Counted from the stretch's first letter, positions 1 to 11,949 are shown. The stretch is DNA of 64,000 nt from Actinomycetota bacterium (GCA_035718185.1 DASTHN010000069.1:18697-82696); one strand, 5' to 3'. The notes: generated from the sequence alone by a model not told the origin. Program-made: numbers and translations.

Positions 1-1001
1 AACATCGCGACCGAGTACGCGCGCATCCCTGCGGCAGTGAACATGAACCCGAGCTGGCTCACGGTCGAGTACGCGAGCACCCGTTTGATGTCGTCCTGCC
101 CGAGCGCCGACAGCGCCGCGTACAGGGCCGTGACCACCCCGACCACCAGGACCACCACCAGCGCCACCCCGGAGATCTCGAAGAACAGATGCGTGCGGAC
201 CACCAGGTAGACGCCCGCCGTGACCATCGTCGCCGCGTGGATCAGGGCCGAGACCGGCGTCGGCCCCTCCATCGCGTCGGGGAGCCAGACGTGAAGCGGC
301 ACCTGCGCCGACTTCCCGATCGCGCCCGCGAACAGGAGCAGCGCGATCACCGTGAACACCCCCGAGGGCTGCACCGCCTCGATCGCCGGGTCGAGCACGA
401 CCGAGAAGTCCAGCGACCCCAGGCGCAGGAACACGAGCGCGATCCCGACCAGCATGAACGTGTCGCCGATCCGGGTGGTCACGAATGCCTTCTTCGCCGC
501 GTTCGCGGCCGCCGGGCGGTCGAACCAGAACCCGATCAGCAGGTACGAGCACAGACCGACGCCCTCCCACCCGACGTACAGGAGGAGCAGGTTCTCGGCC
601 AGGACGAGCACGAGCATGAAGGAGACGAACAGGTTGAGGTACGCGAAGAAGCGGCCCAAGCGCGGGTCACCCTCCATGTAGCCGATCGCGTACAGGTGGA
701 TCAGGGTCCCGACGATCGTCACGACCAGGATCATCAGCACCGAGAGCTGGTCCACCCGAAGGTCCGCCGCCGCCGAGAACGCGCCCACGCGGATCCAGTC
801 GTACAGGTGGACGATCGTGGTCCGCTCCTCGGCCGGGTGCGCCAGCACGTCGAGGCCGACACCGACGGCCACCACGGCCGCCGCCGCGACCGAGAGCGTG
901 GCGAGCCACCCCGCGGCGCGCCCGAGCCGCCGACCGGCGAACAGGTCGACGATGAACCCCAGGAACGGGAGCGCGGGGACGAGCCAGACGGCCTCGGTCA
1001 T
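1..1001 (-). CDS. nuoL: NADH-quinone oxidoreductase subunit L, 5' part only (gene runs off the left edge)
   Basis: Absent from the ORF track because no stop lies inside the window. The reverse strand from ATG 1001..999 reads MTEAVWLVPALPFLGFIVDLFAGRRLG...LYVGWEGVGLCSYLLIGFWF...HVWLPDAMEGPTPVSALIHAATMV (ND5/NuoL signatures). It starts 4 nt after the nuoK stop. Confidence 0.9.
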   Translation of the reverse strand, partial: MTEAVWLVPALPFLGFIVDLFAGRRLGRAAGWLATLSVAAAAVVAVGVGLDVLAHPAEERTTIVHLYDWIRVGAFSAAADLRVDQLSVLMILVVTIVGTLIHLYAIGYMEGDPRLGRFFAYLNLFVSFMLVLVLAENLLLLYVGWEGVGLCSYLLIGFWFDRPAAANAAKKAFVTTRIGDTFMLVGIALVFLRLGSLDFSVVLDPAIEAVQPSGVFTVIALLLFAGAIGKSAQVPLHVWLPDAMEGPTPVSALIHAATMVTAGVYLVVRTHLFFEISGVALVVVLVVGVVTALYAALSALGQDDIKRVLAYSTVSQLGFMFTAAGMRAYSVAM

Positions 1002-1005
1002 CGGC

Positions 1006-1311
1006 TCACCACCGCAGGACCGCCAGGTCGTCGACGTTCGCCGTCCGCCGGCGACGGAAGACGTAGACGATGATCGCCAGACCCACGACGACCTCGGCCG
1101 CCGCGACGACCATCGAGAAGAAGGTGAGCACCTGCCCCGTCAGGTTCCCGTGCAGCCGTGAGAAGGCCACGAGCGCCAGGTTGACGCCGTTCAGCTGCAG
1201 CTCGACGGACATGAAGATCACGAGCGCGTTCCGACGCACCATCACGCCAACCGTGCCGATCGTGAACAGCGCGGCCGAGACGACGAGGAAGTAGGCGATC
1301 GGGGTGCTCAC
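1006..1311 (-). CDS. nuoK: NADH-quinone oxidoreductase subunit K
   Basis: Last 101 codons of ORF 1006..1620: [23 protein letters not shown]...[17 protein letters not shown]. The GTG start overlaps the nuoJ stop (GTGA). Confidence 0.9.
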   Translation of the reverse strand: MSTPIAYFLVVSAALFTIGTVGVMVRRNALVIFMSVELQLNGVNLALVAFSRLHGNLTGQVLTFFSMVVAAAEVVVGLAIIVYVFRRRRTANVDDLAVLRW

Positions 1312-1889
1312 GACGCCACCTCCGACCGCTCGGGCTCGGCCACCCGCTCCTGCCCGGCGCGGCTGATCGCACGGCGGTGCCGGGCCGCGAGCATCATCGC
1401 GGCGATCGCGGCGACGATCAGCAGGACCGAGGTGGCCTCGAACGGGAAGAAGTAGTCGCGGAACAGCGTGCGCGCGAGCGCCTCCGTGTTCCCGCCGCGG
1501 TTCACGGTCTCGGCGAACGCCACCGGGCCCTTCGTCGCGAACCCCACCCCGGCGCGGATCGCGGCGACCAGCTCGACGAACACCCCGATGCCGATGACGA
1601 TCGCCGCCGGCCGCTGCCACGGGATGCGCTCGGTGAGGACCTCGTCCCGGTCGACGCCGAGCAGCATGATCACGAACAGGAACAGGACCATGATCGCGCC
1701 CGCGTAGACGATGATCTGGACCGCGAACAGGAAGGGCGCCTCGAGGACCAGGTAGAAGACCGCGATCGTGAAGAAGTTCACGATCAGGAATAGGGCGGCG
1801 TGCACCGCGTTGCGCTGCAGTAGCATCGCGATCGCCGACCCGATCGAGATCGGGGCGAAGACCCAGAACACGATCTGGTCCGCGCTCAC
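1308..1889 (-). CDS. nuoJ: NADH-quinone oxidoreductase subunit J
   Basis: ORF 1308..2000 trimmed to GTG 1889 ([36 protein letters not shown]...). ND6-like multi-TM protein in canonical nuo order. Confidence 0.85.
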   Translation of the reverse strand: MSADQIVFWVFAPISIGSAIAMLLQRNAVHAALFLIVNFFTIAVFYLVLEAPFLFAVQIIVYAGAIMVLFLFVIMLLGVDRDEVLTERIPWQRPAAIVIGIGVFVELVAAIRAGVGFATKGPVAFAETVNRGGNTEALARTLFRDYFFPFEATSVLLIVAAIAAMMLAARHRRAISRAGQERVAEPERSEVAS

Positions 1890-1917
1890 GCCCCGCCTCC
1901 CGTCCGAGCCACCACGT

Positions 1918-2418
1918 CTACCCCTCGCGGTCCACCGGATCGGTCCCCAGCGCCGGCGGCGGCTCGAGCAGCCGTTCCTTCGTCCAGATGGCGTCCTCAC
2001 GCGACGTGAAGGACATCTCGTAGTAGCTCGTCAGCGTGAGGGCCCGGGTCGGGCAGGCCTCGACGCACAGCCCGCACATGATGCAGCGCAGGTAGTTGAT
2101 CTGATAGTCCTTCGCGTACCGCTCGCCCGGACTCGAGGGGTGCTCGGGATCGTTGTCCTCACCCTCGACCCAGATCGCGTCGGCCGGGCAGGCGTACGCG
2201 CACAGCTCGCACCCGATGCACTTCTCCAGACCGTTCTCGTGCCGGTTCAGGAGGTGGCGGCCGATGTGCGAACGAGGCGGCGGCGGCGTGATGACCGTCG
2301 GGTACTCCTCGGTCACGTCCTTGCGGAAGACCTGCTTGAAGATCGTCCCCATCCCCCGCACGACGGCGCCGACGGCCGACCCGAGGTCCGTGCGGGTCTC
2401 GTCCGAGCGCTCGCTCAC
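1918..2418 (-). CDS. nuoI: NADH-quinone oxidoreductase subunit I (2x[4Fe-4S])
   Basis: C-terminal part of ORF 1918..4245. Two CxxCxxCxxxCP motifs ([24 protein letters not shown]). The GTG start overlaps the nuoH stop. Confidence 0.9.
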   Translation of the reverse strand: MSERSDETRTDLGSAVGAVVRGMGTIFKQVFRKDVTEEYPTVITPPPPRSHIGRHLLNRHENGLEKCIGCELCAYACPADAIWVEGEDNDPEHPSSPGERYAKDYQINYLRCIMCGLCVEACPTRALTLTSYYEMSFTSREDAIWTKERLLEPPPALGTDPVDREG

Positions 2419-3536
2419 GGCCGCACCTCCTCCGAGGACCGTCGTGGCGCGAGCAGCGGCCACACGAGCGTGAGTGCGACCAGGATGCCGAGCACGACCG
2501 CGGTGCCGATGACGACCTCCCGGCGCCCGTAGACGTCGGGCAGCACGACGATCGCGCCGGTCACGAGCACCCACAGCAGTCCGAACGGGATCAGGAGCTT
2601 CCAGCCGAACGCCATGAGCCGGTCGTATCGGACACGAGGCAGCGTCGCGCGCACCCACACGTACAGGTAGACGACGAGGAAGACCTTGACCAGGAACCAC
2701 AGGAGCGGCCAGAGCCAGGGCAGGAACTCGGGCGCGGGACCCCGCCACCCGCCCAGGAACAGCGTGACCGCCACGGCGGCGACGGTGACGACGTTGAGGT
2801 ACTCGCCCAGGTAGAACAGGGCGAAGCGGATGCCCGAGTATTCGGTGTGGAACCCGGCGACCAGCTCCGACTCGGCCTCGGGCAGGTCGAACGGCGGACG
2901 GTTGGTCTCGGCCAGACCGGCGATCAGGAAGATCAGGAAGGCGGGGAACTGCGGGATCACGTTCCACACGCGGTCCTGCGACGCCACGATCTGGGACATC
3001 TGGAGGCTGTCCGAGTACATCAGCACGGCGACCAGGGCGAGCCCCATCCCGACCTCGTAGCTGATCATCTGGGCCGAGGACCGGATCGCCCCGAGCAGCG
3101 GGTAGTTCGAGCCGCTCGACCAGCCGCCGAGCACGATCCCGTAGATCATCAGCGAGCTCATCGCCAGGATCCACAGGATCCCGATGTTCAGGTCGGCGAG
3201 CTGGAACGGCACCTCGCGGCCGAACAACGTCACGCCGGTGCCGAACGGGATCACCGCGAAGGCCAGGAACGCCGGCAGCATCGAGATCACCGGCGCGATC
3301 AGGTACACGGGCCGGTCCGCGAGGGTCGGCGTGATGCCCTCCTTGAAGAACAGCTTGATGCCGTCGGCGAGCGTGATGAGGATGCCGCGCGGACCCGCAC
3401 GCATCGGGCCCTTCCGGGTCTGCATGTCGGCGATCACCTTGCGCTCGACCCAGATCAGCAGCAGCACCATGATCAGGAGCGCGAGGAACACGACGGCGAC
3501 CCGCGCCACGACCAGCACCCAGTCGAGCCAGTCCAT
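2415..3536 (-). CDS. nuoH: NADH-quinone oxidoreductase subunit H
   Basis: [10 protein letters not shown]...[37 protein letters not shown]..., ND1-like. The ATG overlaps the nuoG stop (ATGA). Confidence 0.9.
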   Translation of the reverse strand: MDWLDWVLVVARVAVVFLALLIMVLLLIWVERKVIADMQTRKGPMRAGPRGILITLADGIKLFFKEGITPTLADRPVYLIAPVISMLPAFLAFAVIPFGTGVTLFGREVPFQLADLNIGILWILAMSSLMIYGIVLGGWSSGSNYPLLGAIRSSAQMISYEVGMGLALVAVLMYSDSLQMSQIVASQDRVWNVIPQFPAFLIFLIAGLAETNRPPFDLPEAESELVAGFHTEYSGIRFALFYLGEYLNVVTVAAVAVTLFLGGWRGPAPEFLPWLWPLLWFLVKVFLVVYLYVWVRATLPRVRYDRLMAFGWKLLIPFGLLWVLVTGAIVVLPDVYGRREVVIGTAVVLGILVALTLVWPLLAPRRSSEEVRP

Positions 3537-5992
3537 CAGCCGCCGCCTCCGTCGGCCGCCGCCCCTGTGTCGGCGACCTGGGCTGCGTCGGACACGGCGA
3601 CGGCGACCATCGCGGGCCGCTCGATCTCCACCGCCGCGGTGAACCGGCCGGCGAGCAGCGTGTTCGCGGCCAGACCCGGCTGGTTGAACGGGACGAAGAC
3701 CGCGCCCTGGGCCACGTCCTCGGTGACCCGGACCGGGACGACGGCCTCGCCGGCCCCCGTGCGGAGGCGGACCGGCCCCCCGTCCTCGAGCCCGCGCTTC
3801 GCGGCGTCCTCGGGGTGGACCTCGGCGAACGGCGGGTCCTCGAGGGCGGCCTTGACCTCGGCGGCGCGGTCGGACAGCCGTCCCTCGTCCACGAGGAGCG
3901 GATACGTGAACAGCGTGAGCTCCTCGATCCACTGGGGGGTGCCACCCCCGGCCCACGCGGTCGAGCGCCGCGGACGCCCCCGCGGCTCCAGCAGCCCGGA
4001 CATCTCCTCCTGCAGCTCCTCGATCGGCCCGAAGCCCAGGTCGCCGCCCATCGCCCGCGCCAGGCCCGCGAGGATCTCCCAGTCCGGGCGCGACAGGCCC
4101 TGCGGCCCTCGGACCGGGCGCATCCGCTGCGACCGGCCCTCCCAGGTGGTGACGTGCCCGTCGCGCTCGAACGTCGCCGCGGCCGGCAGGAACGCGTCGG
4201 CGTACGGCTCGAGCTCCCCCAGCTCCAGGGACTGGACCACCGCATAGCGGGCGTTCTGGAGCGCGCGACGCGCCAGCCCGGCGTCCGGGACGTCCCGCAG
4301 CGGGTCGAGGCCGATCAGGAACAGGACGTCGACCTGCCGCTCGGCCGCGGCCTCGAGGATCTCCATCGACGTGCGTCCCGGCTCCGTGGGCAGCGGCCCC
4401 CAGACCGCCTCGACCTCCCCGCGCTCGGCGTCGTCGGTCACGCGGCGTCCTCCCGGCAGGAGGGCCGGGTGGACCCCCGCGCGCAGGGCGCCGCGATCGC
4501 CCGCCCGACGCGACAGGAGCCCGAAGCGCGCGCCGTGACGCCCGGCGAGCCCGAGCGCCACGTCGGCGGCGAGCGGGTGCTCGGCGAGCCCGGGCCCGGC
4601 GAGCACGACCGCCTCCTCACCCGCCTCGGCCAGGGCCGCCGCGATCCGATCCTCGATCCGATCGCCGCCGGCGGCGTCGTGGATCCGTGCGAGCGCCGAG
4701 GCCTCCTGGCCCGGCCTGACGAGCACGTGCTCGGCAACGTCGTGCAGGCGGGTGCGGCGCGGGTGGACGACGAAGACCTTCGCACCGCGTCGCGCCGCCT
4801 TGCGGATCCGCAGGTGGAGGATGGGGAGCTCCTGCTCGGCGTCGAGGCCGACCACGAGGATCGTCCTCGCGCGCTCGACGTCGCGGTAGGTCACGGACAT
4901 CGGGACCGCCGCCGCGAGCTGCTCGGCCACGCCCCCGTGGAACGCGCGCCGGTGGTCGAGGTCGTTCGTCCCCATCACGGTGCGCGTCAGCTTCGACAAC
5001 GCGTACGCGTCCTCGTCGGTCAGCCGCCCGCCGGTCAGGAAGGCCACGCGGGCATCCCGGCACCACGAGGCCACCGTCGACAGCGCCTCGTCGAACGAGA
5101 CCGGCTCGAGCCCGCGGTCGCGCACGAGCGGGGTCGTCAACCGATCCGGGGCGTCGGCGAACCGGTGGGCGAAGCGTCCCTTGTCACACAGCCATGCGTC
5201 GTTCACGTCCAGGTTGTCGCGTGCGAGGACGCGGACGACCTCGCCCCGCCGCAGGTCGACCGTCACGTTGCAGCCGGCCGCGCAGTGCGAGCACACCGAG
5301 TCCGCCCTCGACAGGTCGAACGGGCGCGCCACGAACCGGTACGACGTCGCCGTCAGCGCGCCGACCGGGCAGATCTGGATCGTGTTCCCGCTGAACGGCG
5401 AGCGGAAGTCCTCGCCCGCCGCGATCGAGACGCGCTCGCCCGCGCCGCGGGCGAAGAGCTCGATGAAGCGGTCGCCGCTGATCTCGTCGCAGAACCGCGT
5501 GCACCGAGCGCACAGCACGCACCGCTCACGGTCGAGCGCCACCGCCGCCGACAGGAGGATCGGCTTCTCGTAGGTGCGCTTCGGCTCGATGTACCGGCTC
5601 TCGCCCGGGCCGAACGTCATCGTCTGGTCCTGGAGCGGGCACTCGCCGCCGCGATCGCAGATCGGGCAGTCGAGCGGGTGGTTGATCAGCAGGAACTCCA
5701 GGTTGGCCACCTGGGCCCTATGCGCAGGCTCGGACCGGTTCTGCGTGTAGACGACCATGCCGGGGGCGACGGTCGTCGTGCAGGAGGTGAAGAGCTTGCG
5801 CTGGCCCTCGATCTCGACGTAGCACTGCCGACACGCGCCGAGCGGCTCGAGGAACGGGTGGTCGCAGAACCGGGGGATCTGGATGCCGAGCTGCTCCGCC
5901 GCGCGGATGATGAGCGTCCCGGCCGGGACGGTGACCTCCTTGCCGTCGATCGTCAGGGTGACCGTGTCGACGGCCGAGCGCGGGGCGCTCAC
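3536..5992 (-). CDS. nuoG: NADH-quinone oxidoreductase subunit G (818 aa)
   Basis: [63 protein letters not shown]..., then Fe-S Cys clusters and a molybdopterin-oxidoreductase-like domain. The GTG start overlaps the nuoF stop. Confidence 0.9.
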   Translation of the reverse strand: MSAPRSAVDTVTLTIDGKEVTVPAGTLIIRAAEQLGIQIPRFCDHPFLEPLGACRQCYVEIEGQRKLFTSCTTTVAPGMVVYTQNRSEPAHRAQVANLEFLLINHPLDCPICDRGGECPLQDQTMTFGPGESRYIEPKRTYEKPILLSAAVALDRERCVLCARCTRFCDEISGDRFIELFARGAGERVSIAAGEDFRSPFSGNTIQICPVGALTATSYRFVARPFDLSRADSVCSHCAAGCNVTVDLRRGEVVRVLARDNLDVNDAWLCDKGRFAHRFADAPDRLTTPLVRDRGLEPVSFDEALSTVASWCRDARVAFLTGGRLTDEDAYALSKLTRTVMGTNDLDHRRAFHGGVAEQLAAAVPMSVTYRDVERARTILVVGLDAEQELPILHLRIRKAARRGAKVFVVHPRRTRLHDVAEHVLVRPGQEASALARIHDAAGGDRIEDRIAAALAEAGEEAVVLAGPGLAEHPLAADVALGLAGRHGARFGLLSRRAGDRGALRAGVHPALLPGGRRVTDDAERGEVEAVWGPLPTEPGRTSMEILEAAAERQVDVLFLIGLDPLRDVPDAGLARRALQNARYAVVQSLELGELEPYADAFLPAAATFERDGHVTTWEGRSQRMRPVRGPQGLSRPDWEILAGLARAMGGDLGFGPIEELQEEMSGLLEPRGRPRRSTAWAGGGTPQWIEELTLFTYPLLVDEGRLSDRAAEVKAALEDPPFAEVHPEDAAKRGLEDGGPVRLRTGAGEAVVPVRVTEDVAQGAVFVPFNQPGLAANTLLAGRFTAAVEIERPAMVAVAVSDAAQVADTGAAADGGGG

Positions 5993-7365
5993 CGGAGCAC
6001 CTCCCCGAGGTCGACGAGCGCCGGCTCCGAGGGCTCGGGTCCCGACGACCCGGTCTCGTCGGGACCGCGCTCGGGCTCCACGGCACCGGGGCCTATCCCG
6101 GTGAACGGACAGCGGTGCTCGGCGACGTGCCGCTCGTACTCCTCGCGGAAGTACCGCAGGCTCGACTGGATCGGGCTCGCCGCCGCGTCCGCGAGCGCGC
6201 AGAACGCCTTGAACAGCATGTTGTCGGCGGTGTCGAGGAGCAGTTCCAGGTCCTGCGGGCGCCCGTACCCGTTCTCGATCCGTGCGAGCACCCGGCTCAC
6301 CCACCACGTGCCCTCGCGGCACGGCGTGCACTTGCCGCACGACTCGTGCGCGTAGAACTGGAGCATCCGGCGCGTGGCCTCGACGATGCAGTCCGTCTCG
6401 TCCATCACCATCACCGCGCCGGTCCCGAGCAGCGACCCGGCCGCCTGCACGGCCTCGAAGTCGAGCTCGACGTCCCGGTGCTCCGCCGTGAGCAAGGGCG
6501 TCGAGGACCCGCCGGGGGTCCACGCCTTCAGCGCGCGGCCGCCGAGGACCCCGCCCGCGTGCTCCTCGAGCAGGACGCGGAACGGCGTGCCCATCGGCAG
6601 CTCGTAGTTCCCGGGCCGCTCGACCTTGCCCGAGATCGAGAAGATCTTGGTCCCCGGCGACTTCTCGGGACCGATCGCCGCGAACCACGCCGCCCCCCGG
6701 CGCAGGATATGCGGCACGAAGCAGAGCGTCTCGACGTTGTTGATGAGGGTCGGGCTCTCGTACAGGCCCTCGACCGCCGGGAAGGGGGGTCGCAGACGCG
6801 GCTGGCCGCGGAACCCCTCGAGCGAGGAGAGCAGCGCCGTCTCCTCGCCACAGATGTACGCGCCGGCGCCCCGGTGGAGGACGACCTCCAGGTTGTACCC
6901 GGAGCCGAGGACGTCTGGACCGAGGAACCCCTTGCCGTAGGCCTCGGCGATCGCGCGCTGCAAGACCGTGCCCGGCCACAGGAACTCGCCGCGACAGTAG
7001 ATGAACGCCGTGTGGCTCTGGACCGCGTACGCCGCGATCGCCAGGCCCTCGAGCAGCTGGTGCGGCTCGCGCTCGATCAGCTCGCGGTTGTTGTACGTCC
7101 CCGGCTCGGACTCGTCGAAATTGCAGACGACGTAGGTGGGCTTGCCGGTGTTCTGCGGGACGAACGACCACTTCACGCCGGTCGGGAAGCCGGCGCCGCC
7201 ACGGCCGCGGAGGCCCGAGGCCTTCAGCTCGTCGATGACCTCCGCGGGCGTCATCCCGAGCGCCCGGCGCAGCCCCTCGTAGCCGCCGCCGGCGAGGTAC
7301 CCATCGACGGTGATGACCCCGGGGTCGCCCCAGTGCGCGGTCACGATCCGTGCCGACTGGCTCAC
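5989..7365 (-). CDS. nuoF: NADH-quinone oxidoreductase subunit F
   Basis: GRGGAGFPTGVKWSF (FMN/NADH site) and ESCGKCTPCREG (4Fe-4S) motifs. Carries a Pro/Glu-rich C-terminal tail. Confidence 0.92.
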   Translation of the reverse strand: MSQSARIVTAHWGDPGVITVDGYLAGGGYEGLRRALGMTPAEVIDELKASGLRGRGGAGFPTGVKWSFVPQNTGKPTYVVCNFDESEPGTYNNRELIEREPHQLLEGLAIAAYAVQSHTAFIYCRGEFLWPGTVLQRAIAEAYGKGFLGPDVLGSGYNLEVVLHRGAGAYICGEETALLSSLEGFRGQPRLRPPFPAVEGLYESPTLINNVETLCFVPHILRRGAAWFAAIGPEKSPGTKIFSISGKVERPGNYELPMGTPFRVLLEEHAGGVLGGRALKAWTPGGSSTPLLTAEHRDVELDFEAVQAAGSLLGTGAVMVMDETDCIVEATRRMLQFYAHESCGKCTPCREGTWWVSRVLARIENGYGRPQDLELLLDTADNMLFKAFCALADAAASPIQSSLRYFREEYERHVAEHRCPFTGIGPGAVEPERGPDETGSSGPEPSEPALVDLGEVLR

Positions 7366-7931
7366 GTCGGATCCTCCAGCCCGGCGAGGATGCGCGACGC
7401 GTGCCGGAAGTCACGTGGCGCGACGCCCCTCGAGGGCTCGGGCACCTCGCCCCGTCGGAGCGCGGACACGAGCTCCCGCGCCCGCTCGGGCGTGACACGG
7501 TCGTGGTTCGCGAAATCGACCTGGACGACGGGCGCGGCGTCGCAGGCGCCGAGGCACTCCTCCTCGTGCACCGTGACGGCGCCGTCCTTCGAGACCTCGG
7601 CGTCCGGGGGTAGATCGGCGGCCTCGCGCGCGGCCGTGTGGACCTCGTGCCCGCCTCGGAGCGCGCAGGACAGGTTGGTGCAGACGTTCACGACGTGGAC
7701 GCCGGTGGGGCGGAGCCGGATCATCGTGTAGAACGTGGCGACGGCCTCGACCTCGGCGGCACGCAGGCCGAGGATCTCGGCCACCTCCCGGAGCCCGTCC
7801 TCGGTCACGCTCCCCTCGACCGACTGCACCAGGTACAGCAGCGGCAGGATCGCGGAGCGCTCCCGCCCGGCGGGGTACCGGGCCTTCATCGCCTCCGCCT
7901 GCTCGCGCAGCTCCGGCGTGAGCACGGCCAT
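7362..7931 (-). CDS. nuoE: NADH-quinone oxidoreductase subunit E (2Fe-2S)
   Basis: [20 protein letters not shown]..., with Cys motifs VCTNLSC and ECLGACDAAP. The ATG overlaps the nuoD stop. Confidence 0.9.
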   Translation of the reverse strand: MAVLTPELREQAEAMKARYPAGRERSAILPLLYLVQSVEGSVTEDGLREVAEILGLRAAEVEAVATFYTMIRLRPTGVHVVNVCTNLSCALRGGHEVHTAAREAADLPPDAEVSKDGAVTVHEEECLGACDAAPVVQVDFANHDRVTPERARELVSALRRGEVPEPSRGVAPRDFRHASRILAGLEDPT

Positions 7932-9208
7932 CACCGGTCCACCCCGCCCATGACCGGATCCAGGCTCGCGATGACCGCGATCGCGTCGGCGACCAGTCCG
8001 CCCTTGACCATGGCCGGGACCGCCTGCAGGTTGACGAACGACGGGTCCCGGATCCGGACGCGGTAGGGCCGGTGCTCGCCGTCGGATACCACGTACAGGC
8101 CCAGCTCCCCTCGGGGAGACTCCACGGGCTGGTAGACCTCTCCCGCCGGGACCTCCACGCCCTCGGTGACCATCTTGAAGTGATGGATGAGGGCCTCCAT
8201 CGACTCCTCCATGATGTGGCGGACGTACGCGGGCGAGTTCCCGATGCCGTCCGGGCCGACCTCGAGGCGCGAGGGCCACGCGACCTTCGGGTCGTCCACC
8301 ATCACCGGACCCGGCTCGCGCAGCCGGTCCAGGCATTGCTCGACGATCCGCATCGACTCGCGCATCTCGTCGAGGCGGATCGCGTACCGCGCGTAACAGT
8401 CGGCCGAGTCGCGGGTGATGACGTCGAACTCGTACGTCTCGTAGCCCGAGTAGGGCTCGTCGCGACGGACGTCCAGGGGAACGCCGGCCGCCCGGAGCGT
8501 GGGTCCGGTGACGCCGAGCGCGATCGCCTCCTCCGCCGAGAGGATCCCGACCCCGGCGTTGCGCTGGATCCAGATCGGGTTGCTGGACAGCAGGCTCTCG
8601 TACTCGCGGATCCGCCCGGGCATCATGTCGAGGAAGTCCTCGATGGCGTCGGTCGCGCCGTCGGGCAGATCCATCACCACGCCGCCGATCCGGATGTACG
8701 CGTGGTTCATCCGAAGACCGGTGGCCATCTCGAAGATGTCCAGGATGACCTCGCGCTCGCGGAAGCCGAAGAGCATGACCGACACCGCCCCGAGCTCCAT
8801 CCCGCTCGTCGCGAGCCACACGAGGTGCGAGGCGATCCGGTTGAGCTCGCAGAACAGCACCCGCAGCACCTGCGCCCGCGGCGGCGCCTCGATCCCGAGG
8901 AGGCGCTCGACGGCCAGCGCGTACGCGAGCTCGTTGAAGAACGGGGAGAGGTAGTCGGCGCGGGTGACGAACGTGACGCCCTGCTGCCACGTCCGGTACT
9001 CCATGTTCTTCTCGATGCCGGTGTGCAGGTAGCCGACGATCGGCTCGCAGCGGACCACCGTCTCGCCGTCGAGCTCCAGCAACAGCCGCAGCACGCCGTG
9101 GGTCGAGGGGTGCTGCGGCCCCATGTTGATGACCATGGTCTCCTGGCGCAGCTCCGCCGTGGACAGCGGGTCGATCGGGTCCACGTCCCGCTCCGTGTCG
9201 AAGCTCAC
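7931..9208 (-). CDS. nuoD: NADH-quinone oxidoreductase subunit D
   Basis: [21 protein letters not shown]..., 49-kDa subunit signature. The GTG start overlaps the nuoC stop. Confidence 0.92.
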   Translation of the reverse strand: MSFDTERDVDPIDPLSTAELRQETMVINMGPQHPSTHGVLRLLLELDGETVVRCEPIVGYLHTGIEKNMEYRTWQQGVTFVTRADYLSPFFNELAYALAVERLLGIEAPPRAQVLRVLFCELNRIASHLVWLATSGMELGAVSVMLFGFREREVILDIFEMATGLRMNHAYIRIGGVVMDLPDGATDAIEDFLDMMPGRIREYESLLSSNPIWIQRNAGVGILSAEEAIALGVTGPTLRAAGVPLDVRRDEPYSGYETYEFDVITRDSADCYARYAIRLDEMRESMRIVEQCLDRLREPGPVMVDDPKVAWPSRLEVGPDGIGNSPAYVRHIMEESMEALIHHFKMVTEGVEVPAGEVYQPVESPRGELGLYVVSDGEHRPYRVRIRDPSFVNLQAVPAMVKGGLVADAIAVIASLDPVMGGVDR

Positions 9209-9708
9209 GGCGAGACCCTCCGGTCGATCGGCGGGATGAACGCCCCCCGGTACCGCGTGTTCACGCCGCCCATCTCCTCGGTCTTGCGCAGCGGGTGGCC
9301 CTCCCAGCCCTCGGGGAGCATGATCCGGCGCAGGTTCGGGTGACCCTCGAAGAGCACCCCGTAGAAGTCGAACGTCTCGCGCTCGTGCCAGTCCGCGGTC
9401 GGGTACAGCCCGACCGCCGACGGCAGCCGCGCGTCCTCTGCCGCGAGGCCGACCTTCAGGCGCAGCCGGTGGTGGAAGGACGTCGACGCCAGCTCGTACA
9501 CGACCCAGTACCGGGGCGTCCGGTCCGGCCAGTCGGTGGCGGTGACGCTCGCGAGGAGGTCGAACGCGAGCTCGGGGTCCGAGCGCAGCCACCCGAGCAC
9601 CTCCAGGAGGTGGTCGCGATCGACCACCGCGGCCACCTCGCCGCGCGCGACGACCAGATCGGGCAGCCGCGGGCGGACGCGCTCGGCCAGCTCGCCCGCG
9701 GGGATCAC
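9205..9708 (-). CDS. nuoC: NADH-quinone oxidoreductase subunit C
   Basis: ...[28 protein letters not shown]..., 30-kDa subunit signature. The GTG start overlaps the nuoB stop. Confidence 0.88.
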   Translation of the reverse strand: MIPAGELAERVRPRLPDLVVARGEVAAVVDRDHLLEVLGWLRSDPELAFDLLASVTATDWPDRTPRYWVVYELASTSFHHRLRLKVGLAAEDARLPSAVGLYPTADWHERETFDFYGVLFEGHPNLRRIMLPEGWEGHPLRKTEEMGGVNTRYRGAFIPPIDRRVSP

Positions 9709-10223
9709 CGGAACCGCCCCTCCGTGCGCACCTGCTCCTGGAGCTTGAGGATGCCGAACATCAGCATCTCGGGGCGCGGCGGGCACCCGGGCACGTACAC
9801 GTCCACCGGCACGATCGTGTCGACGCCCTGCACGACTGCGTAGTTCGTGAACATCCCGCCGGCCGAGGCGCACACGCCCATCGAGATGACCCATTTCGGC
9901 TCGGGCATCTGGTCGTAGATCCGGCGGAGGACCGGCGCCATCTTCTGCGAGACGCGACCGGCGACGATCATCAGGTCCGACTGCCGCGGCGATGCGCGGA
10001 ACAGCTCCATCCCCCACCGGGACAGGTCGTAGTGCCCGGCGCCCGCGGACATCATCTCGATGGCGCAGCACGCCAGTCCGAACGTCGCCGGCCACATCGA
10101 CTGCTTCCGCGCCCAGCTCACGGCCCGGTCGAGCGAGGTCAGCAGGATCCCGCGCCGGACCTCCTCCTCGGTCTCCTCCTTCGTCCTGCCGGTCCGGAAG
10201 CCCTCGACGCGCTCAACCGGCAC
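9705..10223 (-). CDS. nuoB: NADH-quinone oxidoreductase subunit B
   Basis: [18 protein letters not shown] and PGCPPRPE motifs of the N2 cluster subunit. Confidence 0.92.
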   Translation of the reverse strand: MPVERVEGFRTGRTKEETEEEVRRGILLTSLDRAVSWARKQSMWPATFGLACCAIEMMSAGAGHYDLSRWGMELFRASPRQSDLMIVAGRVSQKMAPVLRRIYDQMPEPKWVISMGVCASAGGMFTNYAVVQGVDTIVPVDVYVPGCPPRPEMLMFGILKLQEQVRTEGRFR

Positions 10224-10650
10224 GGGCGACCTCCGCCTCCGGCTGCGGGATCTCGAGCGGGGGAGCGAGCGGGGCCCGCTCGGCGGCCCAGTCCAGACCC
10301 CCCGAACGCCAGACGTAGACGTACGCCACGAAGACGAGGGCGATGAAGATCGCCATCTCGACCAGGCCGAACAGGCCGAGCCGGCGGAAGCCGACGGCCC
10401 ACGGGAACAGGAAGATCGTCTCGATGTCGAAGATGATGAACAGCATCGCGACGACGTAGAACTTCACGCTGAACCGCTCGCCCTTCGGCAGACGCTCCGG
10501 CTCGATCCCGCACTCGTAGGGCGAGAGCTTGGCGGGCGTCGGTCGGTTCGGGCGCAGCAGCCTCGACGCTGTGAGCGAGGCGATCGCGAACACGAGCGCG
10601 AGCGCGGCCAGCACCACGATCGGGAGGTAGTCGCTCAGCACCGGGCGCAT
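10213..10650 (-). CDS. nuoA: NADH-quinone oxidoreductase subunit A
   Basis: 3-TM protein with the PYECGIEP motif. First structural gene of the nuo cluster. Confidence 0.9.
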   Translation of the reverse strand: MRPVLSDYLPIVVLAALALVFAIASLTASRLLRPNRPTPAKLSPYECGIEPERLPKGERFSVKFYVVAMLFIIFDIETIFLFPWAVGFRRLGLFGLVEMAIFIALVFVAYVYVWRSGGLDWAAERAPLAPPLEIPQPEAEVARAG

Positions 10651-10668
10651 CCTACTTCCACGGCATCC

Positions 10669-11925
10669 TCACGGGACCGGCGCCAGCCGCTCCAGCGCGT
10701 GCAGCGCGCGGTCCTGCGCACCGCCCTCGCGTCCGTCCGTCAGGTTCGCGAGCACCCGCATCGCCATGCGCATCGACGGCCCGTTCGGCACCAGGTACCG
10801 CGTGGAGGCCTGCATGATCCGCGGATGCCCGATCGCGCGCGCGAACCATGTCCCCCACCAGAAGTAGCGGGCGTAGCGCTCGCGCAGGACGCTCGGGTAC
10901 ATCTGGGCGATCCCGGGGCGACCCCGGACCAGCGCCTCGTACGTCAGGTCGGCCGCCACCTCGGCCGACTCCATCGCGTACGCGATGCCCTCGCCGTTGA
11001 ACGGGTTGATGAGGCCGGCGGCGTCGCCGATCAGCAGCATCCCCGGCACGGCGGCCGGGCGGCGCGAGCCGCCCATGGGCAGCGGTCCGGACAGCACACG
11101 TCCGACCGCCGTCTCCTCCGACACCCCCCAGGCCGGGGGGAGCATCTGCGCGAAGGCGGCGAACAGCCGCTGGGCCGAGACGTCCCGGAACCCGGCGAAG
11201 GTGTTGAGCAGCCCGGCCCCCAGGTTCACGGTGCCGTCCGGCAGCGGGAACAGCCAGCCGTAGCCGGGCAGGATCGTGTCGCCCTCCCACAGGTCGAGCC
11301 ACGACTCGAACCATGGACCCGGGTGGCGCTCGATCCGGTAGTAGCGTCGCGCGGCGATCCCGAGCGGCCGGGTGTCGTCGCGCCGGACACCCGCCTGCGC
11401 CGAGAGCCTGGACGCGGCCCCGTCGGCCGCGATCACCACGCGGGCGCGCACCTCGAACGGCTCCCCATTGCGGTCCTCGGCGTCGCGGGCGAGCACGCCG
11501 ACCACCCACCCCTCCTCGAGGATCGGCGAGAGCGCCTCGGTCAGCTCCAGGAGGCGGGCGCCGGCCGCCTGGGCGCGGCGGGCGAGGAGCTCGTCGAGGT
11601 CCATCCTCGTCGCGACCAGACCGTACCCGGGGAAGTCGCGCAGCTCGGGCCAGCGGAGGTCGATCGTCGTCGTGCGGGAGTAGACGCGCAGGCCCACGAC
11701 GCGCTCGAACATCGGATCGTCGGGGTCGACCCCCATCCGCAGGAGCGAGCGGACGCTCCGTGGGGTGAGGCCGTCGCCGCAGACCTTCTCACGCGGGAAC
11801 GAGGCCTTCTCCAGGACCGTGACGTCGATCCCGTGCCGGGCGAGGTGATAGGCGGCGGCCGAACCGCCCGGACCGGCGCCGACCACGAGCACGTCGGTCT
11901 CGATGGCTCTCGTCGAGTCAGGCAC
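10669..11925 (-). CDS. geranylgeranyl reductase family flavoprotein (menaquinone-tail saturase-like)
   Basis: GTG start. VLVVGAGPGGSAAAYHLARHG FAD fold and REKVCGDGL motif. Length and C-terminus are typical of the family. Only 18 nt upstream of nuoA on the same strand. Confidence 0.85.
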   Translation of the reverse strand: MPDSTRAIETDVLVVGAGPGGSAAAYHLARHGIDVTVLEKASFPREKVCGDGLTPRSVRSLLRMGVDPDDPMFERVVGLRVYSRTTTIDLRWPELRDFPGYGLVATRMDLDELLARRAQAAGARLLELTEALSPILEEGWVVGVLARDAEDRNGEPFEVRARVVIAADGAASRLSAQAGVRRDDTRPLGIAARRYYRIERHPGPWFESWLDLWEGDTILPGYGWLFPLPDGTVNLGAGLLNTFAGFRDVSAQRLFAAFAQMLPPAWGVSEETAVGRVLSGPLPMGGSRRPAAVPGMLLIGDAAGLINPFNGEGIAYAMESAEVAADLTYEALVRGRPGIAQMYPSVLRERYARYFWWGTWFARAIGHPRIMQASTRYLVPNGPSMRMAMRVLANLTDGREGGAQDRALHALERLAPVP

Positions 11926-11949
11926 CGTCCCCCACCATGTCGTCGGCGC

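Noticed and set aside
3536-7498. A 1320-aa ORF that would suggest a giant NuoF/NuoG fusion.
   Set aside because: The N-terminal 500 residues are Arg/Pro/Gly-rich junk read out of frame across nuoF. NuoG starts at GTG 5992, overlapping the nuoF stop. The same artefact inflates ORFs 1918..4245, 7362..8990, 7931..9592 and 9205..10095.
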